From positions 15,162,912-15,226,911 of the forward strand of contig NC_092675.1 in assembly GCF_964355755.1 (NCBI RefSeq): 64,000 bases of DNA, read 5' to 3'. Within the stretch, counting starts at the first letter, position 1. Each line of letters begins with the position of its first letter. The position numbers and the translations under genes were made by a program. The notes below the pieces were generated by a model. That model was given only the letters and a program-made list of their open reading frames with translations. It did no database searches and had not been told where the DNA came from. Source of the stretch: Antedon mediterranea. Taxonomy: Eukaryota > Animalia > Echinodermata. Below are positions 1-13,800 of the stretch, piece after piece.

Positions 1-430
1 AACCAGGTTTCTGTGACTGCCAGCACATCAGCTTGGGTATTTTCCGCAATCAACTTGATTTCTGATAGCTTTGGTAATAAAGATCGTGCATTTAGATGAA
101 GAAATGTTAATCCTTTATTTTTGAAAACTGAAAGATCCACTGAGGGATCAAAACCATCAGTGATTATTTTCTGACGTGATGGTGGGTGATTCGGAACAAC
201 TTCATTTATATAATTGGGTATGTGCACAAAAAGACATTTTGGGCAAATCCAAGTAGTGAAACTTGCTTTCTTATATTCGGTTGGAGACACTCGTCCACAT
301 TTTATGTGGCAGTCAATGTTGCAATCAGTACATCTTATATACCTATGTGATACTGCAACAGGTCTCTCACATACTGAACATGGGTTCTTCACTGTTCGAC
401 TCTATCACCCGCAGATAGAAGGGTAATATG
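1..430 (-). mobile_element. 5' part of a CR1/L2-group LINE ORF: PHD finger followed by APE endonuclease; runs off the window
   Basis: Minus frame reads NPCSVCERPV..IRCTDCNIDCHIKCGRV..WICPKC (C4HC3), then KGLTFLHLNARSLLPK..ADVLAVTETW (APE motifs I-II). Confidence 0.85.
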
Positions 431-693
431 TAACGTAGCTGTGGAGTTACTGTAGTATGCGCATACGGTACCGTACTTGATTTTTCTTGATGTAGAAAAC
501 TGGTGTTTTACCAATTACTTATCTCAGTTCCCGTAGGAGAAATACATATGGCTCCGGTACCTTGTGTATTATGCACATAACATTGCAGAAGTAGACATAG
601 GCCTATTGAGAAAAGTAGTATAGTGTCCATTCTTTACTTTCTTATTTTAATTGTCAGTGGTTGATGTTTCCATATAAATTCCAAGACGAGTAT

Positions 694-1104
694 ATGGAAG
701 GCAATCGCCGCCAAAAATACAAAAGTAAAACAAACAACGTACTTTCACAAACGAACAACGTACTTTCACAAACGAACGAAAAAATGGACGAGTCCTTAGT
801 TCATTCGGCAATCTACATCGTTTGGTAAAGCAGGTTGTTCGTTTATCAATGTACGTTGTCCGTTTGTAAAAAATACGTTGTTCGCGTAAAAGTAGGTTGT
901 TTGTTTTTTAAAGTACGTTGTTTGTTTTAAATTTGTTCGTTCGTTTGTGAAAGTAGGTTGTTCGTTTGTAAAAGTACGTTCTTTGTTTTAATTTAGATCG
1001 TTCGTTTGTGAAAGTAGGTTGTTCGTTTGTGAAAGTAGGTTGTTCGTTTGTGAAAGTACGTTGTTTTTTTTACTTTTGTATTTTTGGCGGCGATTGCCTT
1101 CCAT
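694..1104. mobile_element. Foldback-type MITE with internal ~21-bp subrepeats and 8-bp TSD
   Basis: The TIR ATGGAAGGCAATCGCCGCCAAAAATACAAAAGTAAAA is mirrored at about 1068-1104. Flanks ACGAGTAT / ACGAGTGT match 7/8. Internal unit GTTGTTCGTTTGTGAAAGTA(G/C). Confidence 0.85.
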
Positions 1105-1791
1105 ACGAGTGTACAAACAGAGTTCCGATGACATAAAAGTCCCTGACTACCAATGTAGCGTCCCTGGATACCAGCTTGCCGCGTAGGCCTAGCTAAGAAA
1201 GGTGTTGTAAAATACAATCAGTAACTGGAAACTCACGTTTTGTGTATCAATATCGATGTTAAATAGTATATGAATACTATTCCAGGTAAAGATATTCGTA
1301 AAATCCACAATGTAATAGTATATTTTAGTAATTTTAGTCTTGACTTTCTACGGAATTTTAATTATTGATTATTATTATATTACAGTACCTAAAAAGTGTA
1401 ATAAGGAAGCATACAACATATACCTATCTGATATTGGTAGGCAACATAGTGGATATTAAAACTTAAATTTATTCATGTTTTTCTGAAAGCTCCGCAAATA
1501 ATACAATTTTTAGACATTATGTAAAATCTGAAATAAACATATAGCAATGAAAAACAGAATAGACTAAAGCAGAACATATTACAACACTAACACGAAAATT
1601 ATAGTACTGTTTGAGCTGAGGTTGCTTTTAATTACTCTTTCATCCATTAAGATTTTCAGGAATTCTCATCATTTTTTCCTACATCACAAAGGTCACAGAG
1701 AGATTACAGCTTGCCATTACCTTCTAATGGAAGGTGTTTATATGACTGTGTACAAAGGGATTTATTTAAAATGCAATTCAAATTTACTTAC

Positions 1792-1866
1792 CCTAATGAT
1801 GTTTCTGCACCACCATTTTTAGGTCTTTGTGTTGATTTATCAAATGGACATAATTTGTAAGTATAC
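1792..1866 (-). CDS. PRKCSH: PRKCSH exon 10
   Basis: [25 protein letters not shown]; AG/GTAAGT. Confidence 0.93.
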
Positions 1867-4800
1867 CTACAATTTAAAAAATTACTATAATATAATAAAT
1901 ACTAATATTATCTTAGGCATTACGACTCCAGAAATAGATTTTGGAGTAAATGTTGTATAGTAAAGGCAGTGTCAATAGCTTATAATTAATTCCAACCTCT
2001 GATAGAAAGGTGTTCAAAAGTGTGAAACACTGAATCAGTAATGTATGTCTGGACAATTAAGAAGACTAATGTTCTCAAAAGATTGGTTGCCAAGTAGAAA
2101 CAATCCTGATAAAAAAAGTTGGAATCTATGGAAAAGTACACTTGAGTTTCAATCATTTTTCAATGTATCTTATACAAGGAATATAGTGTAAGCTTATAAA
2201 TGTAAAAGTCCACAATCGTATCAAGCCAATCTGACAAATTGTTATTGTACTGTATATAATATTTCATATTGTGAATTTAAAACTATATTCATACTCTCGA
2301 TCTGTATATTCAAAACACTGATCTTGAAGAATGGCAAATTCTTGATCAGGCCCAAAATCTTTGGTTTGTAGTTTCTCTAAAGTACTGATTTGATTATTGA
2401 TATCATTGTACTTCTTATTCGCTTCATCATATTCAAGTCTAGCATTATCAGCCACTGAAAAATTGAATGAAAGATTGAAAATCATTTTATTCACAAAGTG
2501 GGACTTCTTTTATCTGAGAAGAAAGAATAAAAAGACTGAATTCAAGTAAAATATTACTCTCTTTCTGACATTTTGCACACAAAGGTTCAGCTAGGAGTTA
2601 AAACATATGGCCTCAAATATCAATTTTCATTGTGGACGAATATTATTATCTTAATTTTATCAACATTGTAATATATCTGCACCATACCAATGTGAAATCC
2701 TCTCTCAAATGGTCAAACTGCTACACCAGCCATAGTCCATGTGAATCTAATGGCTTACCTTCTATAAGTTTCTTTGTGTCTTCATTCCAATCTGGCATTT
2801 CTCCTTCTTCATCTTGTTTCATCTTTTCTCTTCTTTCCTTGTTTCTTCTAACAGCATCCTTAATTTCTTGTGATTTTCTTAGATCCTCATCTTCATGGGC
2901 TTCATGATCGTGTTCGTGTTCGTCTTCATCATAATCTTCATAATCATCAACATCGTCATCATTCACTGGGTGTTGTGTTGAGGCGACATCAGGTGGTGGT
3001 AAGTCTATAGCTTCTATGTCTTCCCCATCATGTTTTTCATTTTGCTAAAATATTGCAATAGAAACAACATTATGCTAAATATTGCACTATAATGTTTTTA
3101 AAGGCTTTATAATCTATGATTAGTTGGCTATTTTAACACATGATTAGGGATAGAATTAAACTGGTAGAGATGTGTACATATCTGTATCTGTATTATTCAT
3201 GTTGCATGTTACCAGTCATTTTACTTTGAGAAAATTAATACTAACAATACATTAATAATACAAAGTTTAAAACAAAAAAATAATCATCTACCTTATTTAA
3301 TTCTGAAAAAATGATTTTAAATCCACCATCAGTCCAAAGTCTTGTAATAAATGATTCTTTATCTACCTGATCTTGACCAAGTATATTCTAAAAAAAAAAC
3401 ATTATAATTTTATTTTATTGTATATAGGTTATTATTACATCATAACATTATATCTTAATAAGAGCTAAGTATGTTGAGTGTCAGCGGCAACCATGATCAA
3501 AGAGGGTGGCCCAATGAATTCTGCGGGCAATGTAGTGAGCCAAATTATTACGCTGGTAAACAAGCTTATTACATCAGTACATTTTATACAAATTCTTGAT
3601 CGATACAATCACCATAAGTTAGCTCATTGACCATATGTTTTATTTATTTGAGGAAAGGTAAAAGCAAAACCATAATAATTTGAATTCTTCAGAATGGTTA
3701 CCATGGCTTCCTCCTGTGACACAGCACCATCATGATCAGTGTCAAAACCTTGAACTTTCATAATCTCTTCACTGGTTAAACTACAAAATAAAAATGTAAT
3801 AAAAGGACATGATAATAATAATGTAATAATAGTCTTGAAACTTTGTTATATACTAGAAAGACATTAATAAACTTACATGGAATCATTATTAGCATCCAGT
3901 TGATCAAAAGCAGAAGTTGCGGTTTCTCTTTCCAATTCCTTCTTTCTTATTTTTACCTCTTCTTTCCATTTATTTTCATGCTCTTCTTTTGATTTTTTCT
4001 CTGGTTCTTCAGCACTTATTTTTATTGCTTTAAACAAAATTACAATTAGATACAACTCTAGAAACTTTGTCTAAAAGTATCTATTTATTGCGGCGATATT
4101 GAAAAATGTTAAAAATATAAGCTAAACATGCTATACATGAAATTGTTTAAAAATCTAAAAAGTTAAAATAATAACCTGGAACATAATACACACGTTGTCC
4201 GGAAAAAATACCAAGAAAAAGATCAAAGTGAAACTGAGGAATGGCGAGCCACCAGAGAACGAAGAACACCTTCTTGAAGAGTGGAAGAACTACTTTAGCT
4301 CTATTCTGAATAATGACAGTGGCTGGGCCCCATCAGATCTACCTGCTCCTGCCAGTGACGATCTTCCAATCTGCACTGACCCTCCCACACGTGAAGAAAC
4401 TGCAGAAGCTATCACAGCTATGAAAACAAACAAAGCAGCTGGCGTCGATTGTGCTATTACGGCAGAAGCCCTCCAAGGAGGTGGTGACCAGATGATTGAT
4501 ACCATCCATGCCTTTAGCTCGGAGGTGTACTAAAAAATGTCGCCTCCTAAATAGTGGCTGACAAATGTCGTCATCCCACTGCCAAAGAAAGGTGATCTGT
4601 CACTTATGACAAACTACAGGGGCATCTCTCTCATGTTGATAGCTGCGAAGGTTTACAACAGAATCCTTCTAAACCGCATTCAGCCTCACATTGATCCGCT
4701 GCTCCGGAAGAATCAGGCAGGCTTTCGCCCAGGCCGCAGCTGTGCTCAGCAAATACACATCTTGAGAAGAATTATGGAAGGCTTCAGAGACTACCAACTT

Positions 4801-7800
4801 CCGTTAATAGTCACCTTTGTTGATTTCAAGAAAGCCTTCGACTCGATCAATAGGTCAGTGATGTTTACAGTCCTACGTCACTATGGCATCCCAGAACCTT
4901 TGGTAAATGCTATTCAGGTACTGTATACCAATTCTAGCAGTAGAGTCATGGTTGATGGTAGCATCTCAAACTCCTTTAGTGTAACTGGAGTATTTCAAGG
5001 TGATGTACTGGCTCCATTTATTTTTATTATCTTGGTGGATTATCTGCTGCTCCGGTCATCAGAATGCGACTCAGGAGTTGTGACTTGCCCACGAAAATCA
5101 AGAAGGTATCCAGCGAAAGTCTTCAATACCTCGTGCCCAATCACAGCTAACGAGAACTGCCAATGCTACCGCTGACCTAGGGCTTATCATTAGTGCCCCT
5201 AAAACGGAGTATATGGTATTCAACTGCTGTTCACAGCCCCCACTTGAAGTTTATGGAAATGCAATCAACCATGCAACCAAATTCAAATACCTCGGCTCCA
5301 TGATGGCATCTAGCAGTGGGGATTTTAAAAGAAGAAAGGGTCTTGCTTGGATAGCATTTTGGAAGCTAGAACGTTTGTGGAGATGTTTTAACATCCCAAT
5401 CTCCACCAAAGTAAAGCTGTACAATACAACCTGTGTTACTGTCCTTGTGTATGGCTGCGAGTCTTGGATCCTCTCTAAGGCGATAGAAAGTGAAATCAAC
5501 GCCTTTGGCACTTCATGCTATAGAATCATGCTAAATATCAAGAGAACAGATAAGGTGCCAAATGCTTCTATCTATGACCTAACCAAGACCAGACCGCTAG
5601 TGGAAAATATTAGATCCCGTCAATTAAAGTTCGAATGCCTGATGACGAACCATGCAAAGAGTACGCCCTACGGAAAAGAAAACGAGGAAGGCAGAAAACC
5701 AACTTTCTGAGATACATCCAACAGCTTTTAGGGGATGAAGGAGGCATAATTACAACTGATAAGCTGCCAAGGACCGTTGTGGCTGGAGAAAGCTTGTAGT
5801 CGCCTGCTCCGCAGCCGACTGATGATGATGAAAATAACAATAAAAATATAAAAAGACCATGAAAAGAAATTCAAATCCACTAAAATAGGAGAAAAACAAC
5901 AAGGCATTTAAATCACTAAGTTTTTCAGAACTAAATGACATTATTAAGGATCTTACATTAAATTGGTGAAATAAAATGTCTATCTATCTGAATTCATAAA
6001 ACATTTTAAATATTTAAAGATATTATGTAACCATAAAAAATGTATATTTTTTTCAATTTTGTGTTGAATATGTCATTTTAATGTCACGTAATAGTTATTC
6101 AGTTTGACCAAAAACTGGATCAAAGAAAAAAATTATTTACCTAAAAAAATGGAATTTAAAGCAAAAAATATTTAAATTGTCTGTCAAACAATGGTTTTTC
6201 GATAACGTTAACCATTTCGTTTGTCTTTTTATAAGTGAAATAATATTTTTTTACAGAAGTGAATAACTTTCTTAAAACTGAAAAATGGCCTATTTATATA
6301 TAGTCTTTTATCTTGTTTTTGCTTTTTTAGTATACTGTACCTTCCTTGTCTTCTTTTAGTTGTTCAGCAGATTGTAATTCAACTTTTAGATGCTGTAATT
6401 GTTCCTATAAAAAGATAAGAATATACTGAATAGATAAGAAAATGTTACATTGGTGGCGACGTGACAATATAAATAAAGGATGATAATAAAGTGACCATGG
6501 AGAAAGTGTCAACATGATGATAAAGATGACAAAAGCAGTGACAGTGGGGGAAGACAGTATATTTATAAAGATGATTGAAAAGCAGTGTGAGAATGATACC
6601 AATGTCCAATAACATGATGATGAAGATGACAAAAGCATTGACAGTGGTGGAAGACAGTATATTTATAAAGATGATTGACAAGCAGAGTGAGAATGATACC
6701 AATGTCCAATAACATGATGATGAAGATGACAAAAGCATTGACAGTGGTGGAAGACAGTATATTTATAAAGATGATTGAAAAGCAGCGTGAGAATGATACC
6801 AATGTTCAATAACATGATGATGAAGATGACAAAAGCATTGACAGTGGGGGAAGACAGTTTAGTTATAAAGATGATTGACAGAAAATCAAGTCTCCGTATG
6901 TATGAAATCTATAAATATTAAAAGTATGAATTATGTTAAAAATATGTCAATCAATTTTCCCATACATGTGTTTATTGTTATATTTAACAAAACAAAATCA
7001 TCTTTTTACTTCTCTTTCTTTACGCTTTGTTTGGCCAGTTACTATGTAAGATTGCCGTATGTCAAAACCTTCATTTTGTAGTAACGCTTCCCTATGACGT
7101 TTCTCTCTATCCGCTTTTCCAAGCTCTTTGCAAGTGTTTACACACTGTGTTGATCCTTTGTTTTCATCAGTAGCATCACAGCAGTCACATATACCATCAT
7201 TCACCCATGACGATGGTATATACTTAGGTCGATGTCCAGCATTAGTACAGTGAAATTTTCCATTAGGACAAGCAGAGGTACCTAATATAAGTGCATTATG
7301 GTCAAATTTAGATTTTTAACTCCTAGTCATTAAACAAATTAATTTTAGTGAATGTACAGTATTAGCTTTAAAAGATGTGAAATTTATTGAACGTTACATA
7401 AAGAAGAGCATTTACTTTACGTAACTTTCAAATAATATTATTGAAAATACAGGTAAAAAATGATAGAAAAAAGTTCATAATTTAAATCATTGTGACCGTG
7501 TGACAGGATAGAATGTGCACACCTGGCACTACCTCCTGGCGATACCTCCGTACTATGTTATCTACTGTATGGTATATCAATAATAACACAAGCAATAATA
7601 GTCAGGGTCCTCGTGTATTTCCAAAGGATTTTAATGCCCAAACAAAGTGAGATTTCACTTGATTTCACTTTATTATGGTGCTAGGATACCAAAAATGTTA
7701 GGTAACAAATTTTCACGATCCCGTAACCATAGTAACAGCCCCAAATTCAAAATGGCGACCAAATGGCCATATCTCCATAACCCTTTGGTCTATTGACAAG

Positions 7801-10800
7801 ATATTGGCATCAAAATACTCGGAATATATATATTTATATTCGTTGTAATAGAACATTTTTACTAAATGTAACCGGAAATGCTATTTTTCTGCACTATTGA
7901 CCCTTGACATTGACTCGAACTGTATCTAAAAAACGGCTGATTATAGAAATTTAAAAATGGTCTCAAATTGCTCAGACCATACATATTTATATTTATTTTA
8001 ATGGAACATTTTGTTAGAAAATAACCGGAAGTAAAGTTATTGACCTTTGACCTAATAAACATGAACTTTATGTATATAAGCATTTATCTATTTGAGCATG
8101 TATAGTCAATTGTTTGTGGTAAGGATTAAAAAAATGAGTTTATACATATCATCATTTGAATATTTAATTTCTAATCACATATTTAGTTTTTATATATTTT
8201 ATAAATAGTATATACTTTATAGTGTAAGCACATTTATCTATGTAAACAACTTTGGACAATAGTAAAAATGACAGCAGAAATTCATTCATTCATCTACTTC
8301 ACTAAAATGACGTAGCCAAATTGATTCTTCCTGCACTTTTCCTGAAATGTTAATTGCTATACCTTTTACATTTTGGAGCTCCAAGAAACTGGAGCTCCAA
8401 AATTGGATTAAAACATCTTTAATTACATCAGTACTATGCATTTATTGTGTCAGCATCCTTGTTGCCATTAAGACAGTCAAGGAGTGAGAGTGGTTGATTC
8501 TTCAACTTGTGTACCTTTAATGCTTGTTCTTGAAACATTTTCATATAATGGAGGTTTCTCATACATTGAACTGCTGCCGGCCATACATTATTACGTGGTT
8601 AGACGTTCCTTGGTTTTTCTTCTTAGATGTTTCGAGATATGGGAAGCAATCTTTCAATGCTAACATTGACTGCCATTTTGTGAGTCATATCGCCAAGCCA
8701 ACGGACCAATTTAAGGAGTGAGATGGTTAGAAGTGACCAAGAGGTTTTTTGATGTTTACAGCATCTTATGATTTTATCTCCTTCATGTTTTTAGTTTCAT
8801 TTTCATTTCAGGTAGTCCACAACAACCAGACTTTGCTCACAAACTTCAAAAAGCTTCAACTCCTTTTTTTATTATCTCTGTTTAAGATATATTTCTTTAC
8901 TTCGTTTGAAATTATTACTAAGACAAAGTTTTAAAAAAGTGTTGATTTTGTTATGAATGTATTTTTATGAAATCTTGAAGTATTTGTGTGTTTTGTGTTG
9001 AAGAGTGAGTTCGATGGGATATCTAGTTCGATTTCCTCCTCCTAAGTAATGCCAACAAGATCACCAACCCATTTTAACTGGTTTTCCTTCTGTTCTAGAG
9101 CCTGATCCGGGTAAAGAGCACTATTTCTTTACATTCAAATTAATTACAATCTTTTATTCACTGTTATTGGGTCATCTACATCAAGCCAAGCTGGTCATTT
9201 GTGTGTTAGATGGCAATGTATCGGACGAGCATATAAATGAAAACCAGTCATGGGCAAAACAAATCTGCAAGATACCTTTCTAATATTATAGGTTATAATT
9301 ACCATCAAATCTCACTCTGACATTTACTACTTTTAGCTAAATCAGAAATCTTCAATTAATAAGTTTATAGAGGTTCAAAATGGCAATTGAAAACAATATT
9401 TGAAAATGTGAGTTTAGAAAAGAACTGAATGCATAACACAATTATCCTAGTGAACGCCAGGCTAGTGATCTGGAGGTTGTTGTCCCACATTACTTAAGTA
9501 TTAATGATGTATTCTTAGTAAAAGTGAAAATTACGTCATAGTAGGGCCAAAATATCTGACCAATATTTATCCATCCTTGTAATGTAAATAGCTAATATTC
9601 TCTATGTCAATGGTGAATAACTTTACTTCCGGTCATTTTCTTACAAAATATTGCATTACAATAAATATAAATATCAGGTGCTCCAAAATCAGGTGCTGTA
9701 ATGAATGATGGCTGCTCAACGTATCTTTACTGCTATTTGTCTCTTTTTGTGTTTTGCATCAACTATTGGTGTTATTAAACCTTGTCTATCGAATTTAAGT
9801 AGGACCTGGAACCCACAGTTTAGTTTTCAGTGCAATACCTCTATACAAATATGTTATACTTTGGACGCAAATTTGCTAGGCTCAACTTCTGCATTATGTT
9901 GCGAGTGCTCGCATGGTGTGGAGTGCACTGTAGCCCTGGATCGACTAAGGCAATGGGCTCAGTTCAGTACCTTGTTTACTAGGCCTAAGTGGTCTATTTT
10001 AGCATTTGCCTATCTAACAAAGCCTAAAGGTAAACGAAAACATGCTATTAAATACAGTGGAGCTAGGGTTCCTTACTATTCAAGTTATTATTGTTCATCA
10101 AGTTTTCAGCCGGAACTTTCCTTATGCGGTGATATTGAACAAACTCCAGGCCCCGCAGAGGAAAACAAGGACAGGGCTAGAGATAACACAAACACAAGTA
10201 ATAACAGTAATAATCCAACATTTTATTACCAAAATATAAGAAGCCTTAAAAACAAGATGGACACATATCATTCTGAACTAAATGTGCACCTCATTAATAA
10301 TACCTTCGACTTTGTTGCATTTACCGAGACTTGGCTAAATTCAACGGTTCTTGACTCCGAACTTTACTGTGATGGTTTTACAATTCATAGAAGGGACAGG
10401 AACGATGGCAGAAGAGGTGGTGGTGTTCTTTTCCTAGCTTCTAATCAGTATAAGTCTCGACGTCTGGAGCACCTTGAGAAACCAAATATTGAAATCCTCT
10501 GGGTTGAAATTAAGCTAAGCAAGACAAAACGAGTGCTGGTTGCTGTTATTTACAGGCCACCCAACAGCGGAAGAGATGTCATGTTGCAACTAGCGCAATC
10601 AGTTGAAGATGCATCAGCCATGTATTCAAGGCATCATATTGTTCTTATTGGAGATCTGAATCTTTCTGAAATCACGTGGACCAATGATGGATCTGGAACT
10701 GCACCTGCTAACTCATTGGGTGAACTTTTTATTGACTGTTTTATTAATGGACATAATTTGTTTCAGTGCAATGTCAATCCAACGTGCAATAATAATGTTT

Positions 10801-13800
10801 TAGATTTAATTTTGTGTAATAATTCAATTGATTTAATCTCGGATATTTCTGCTGGTCAGAATATTTTTGAATCTGATCATTCTTCAATTTCATTTGTTCT
10901 TAAAATTTCTATTCAAAAACACTTTTCTAGGGATTCAAGACAACTATATTGTTTCAAGGCTGTAAATAATGATGATCTTTTGAATGCTTTTAATGTTATA
11001 CCTTTTGATTTAATCCATATGTGCAATGATATTAACGATAGTGTTTCTCTTTTTTATGATTTAGTTGATGCTGCTCTCCGTGATCTTGTGCCTATTGTTA
11101 GACCTAAAAGAAAAATGCCGCCATGGTTTGATAATGAAGTTAGAGTCGCTCTTAAAAACAAAGAGAAATGTTTTCGTATTTCTAAACGACTTAATACACA
11201 TGAATCAAAACATGCTTTTTCCGTTGCCAGAAAAGAATTTAAAGTCCTTATGAAACTTAAATATAAAAGTTATATGCAATCACTCTCTGGGAATCTTAGA
11301 GCAAATCCCAAACGCTTCTGGTCGTGGATAAAGACCAAAACTAAATCGTCTTCTTATCCGTCGGTTATGTCGCATGGGCACAAGGTCGCGGAGACAACTA
11401 ATGATAAGGCTGCTTTATTTAACAGTTATTTTCATTCAGTTTTTAGATCTGGACCTTCTGTGACTGATGAACACCAACGTCTGCCTGAGGCTTCTGTCGG
11501 CATTCTCAATGCTCCAATAATTCAATCTGAAATTGTTAACTCGTTACTGTCATCCATTCAGACTCATAAGGCATCTGGATGTGATAATCTCAGTAACCAT
11601 GTTCTTAAAGTTTGTTCTCGTCCTCTTTCTATTCCCATTTCTTTCCTCTTTAATAAATCTCTTCAAACCGGTAAATTTCCTTCCGTTTGGAAACGTTCCA
11701 ATATTGTTCCTATTCATAAGGGGGGGACCAAGAAATTGATTTCTAACTATAGACCTATCTCTCTGTTGCCTACCATTTCTAAATTGTTTGAAAAAATTGT
11801 TTTTAACCATATTTCGACTCATATTTCTCCTGCCATTGCTTCCTGTCAGCATGGCTTTGTAACTGGTAGGTCATGTGAAACAAACCTTGCCACCCTGTTG
11901 ACCACAGTTTACGAAGCCATTGATGACAGGAAGCAATGTGATATTATTTACACTGACTTTTCTAAGGCGTTTGATCTTGTTCCTCATAATTTACTCTTAT
12001 TAAAATTACAACGTTTTGGTTTTCATAATGATTTTATCTCCTGGTTTCGTAGTAATATCTTAATGGTAGGTTCCAGAGAGTGGTCATTGAGGGTATATCC
12101 TCTGAATGGCTTCCTATTCAGTCCGGTGTCCCTCAGGGATCGATTCTTGGTCCTCTCCTTTTCAATCTTTTTGTCAATGATATCCCAAAACTCTTCACCC
12201 ACTCCAGATGTCTTATGTTTGCTGATGATGTTAAGCTATACAGAATTATTGGTAGTGTTGAGGATGCCGACAGGCTTCAGGTGGATTTGGACAAGCTATG
12301 TTATTGGGCTGCTTTATGGGGAATGTCCCTCAATCCAGTAAAGTGCAATATTTTAACTATTACTTTGAAAAAGAACATTTTATTTTATAATTATTTAATT
12401 AATGACAATCCCATTAATAGGGTGCAATCGCAAAAAGATCTTGGTGTTTTTATTGATAGTTCCCTTTGTTTTTCCTTTCATATTGATTATCTTGTTGGCA
12501 AGTGCAATAGACTGCTTGGGCTGATGTGGCGTAATTGTAAACATTTTGACAGGCAAACCAAAATCCACCTTTATTATTCAATTATCCATCCCATTCTCAA
12601 CTTCAGTTCTGTTATTTTTAATTCTATTTCGAAAACTCAGTCTACGCGCATTCAGCGTCTGCATAACCGTTTTTTACGCTACATCAGCCACAACCAGAAT
12701 CCTGACTTTCATTTCCATGTCCGATCTCCTGAGTCTCGTAGAACCTTTTTTGATCTTGTTTTTTTGTATAAATGTATTAATTCTTTATTTGACTGTAACT
12801 TAGTTAGCAATTTTTATCTTAGAGTCCCTAGTCGTCGTCTTAGAAGAAATACTACTTTTCATATTCCTTTTAGTAGAGTAAATGTTTTAAAAAATGGTTT
12901 TATTAGCAAACTTACAATTCTTTTACTTTAAGAAACCCTGAGTTAGATATTTTTAGTAATAATTTCCGTAAGTTTTGTAACATTGTTAGTAGTTTAGTTT
13001 AATGTTTGTTATTGTATATGTACGTGTTTGTCTGTGTTCCCTCCTGTAAGTGGTGAACCATGAGCTCACTGTTGGTTGGGAAATGAATAAATAAATAAAT
13101 AAATGTATTGTCTGAGCAATTTGATACCATTTTTAAATTTCCATGACCAGCCGTTTTTTAGATACAGTGCGAGTCAAGGTCAAAGGTCACTAGTAAAAAA
13201 AGGCATTTCCGGTTACATTTAGTCAAAAAGGTCTATTACAACGAATATAAATATATTTATTCAGAGTATTTTGATACCAATATCTTGTCAATAGACCAAA
13301 GGGTTATGAAGATATGACCAGAGACTACGGAATAAAAAATCCTTGTAAGCTATTCTCTATGTCAAAGGTCAATAACTTTGCTTCCGGACTTTTTTAACAA
13401 AATATTGCATTACAATAAAAATAAATATATAAGGTCTGAGCAATTTGAGACCATTTTTAAATTTCTATGACCAGCCATTTTTAGGATACAGTAAAAGTCA
13501 AGGTCAAGGGTCAATAGTACAGAAAAAAAACATTTCCGGTTGCATTTAGTAAAAATATTCTATTACAACAAATATAAATATATATATTCCGAGTATTTTG
13601 ATACCAATATCTCGTCAATAGACCAAAGGGTTATGGAAATATGGTCGTTTGGTCGCCATTTTGAATTTGGGGCTGTTACCATGGTTACGGGATCGTGAAA
13701 ATTTGTTACCTAGCATTTTTGGTATCCTAGCACCATAATAAAGTAAAATCAAGTGAAATCTCACTTTGGGCATTAAAATCCTACAGAACCCCTATTTTCA

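Noticed and set aside
720-1065. Short ~21-bp repeats as a CRISPR array, or ORF 993-1217 as a gene
   Set aside because: These are subterminal repeats of a TSD-flanked MITE; the ORF just reads through them.
430-1790. Final PRKCSH exon(s) with the rest of the MRH domain and HDEL
   Set aside because: No matching translation was found; they are probably left of the window.
6405-6802. Three overlapping hydrophobic ORFs on the minus strand
   Set aside because: They are frame-shifted read-throughs of the 100-bp tandem repeat inside an intron.
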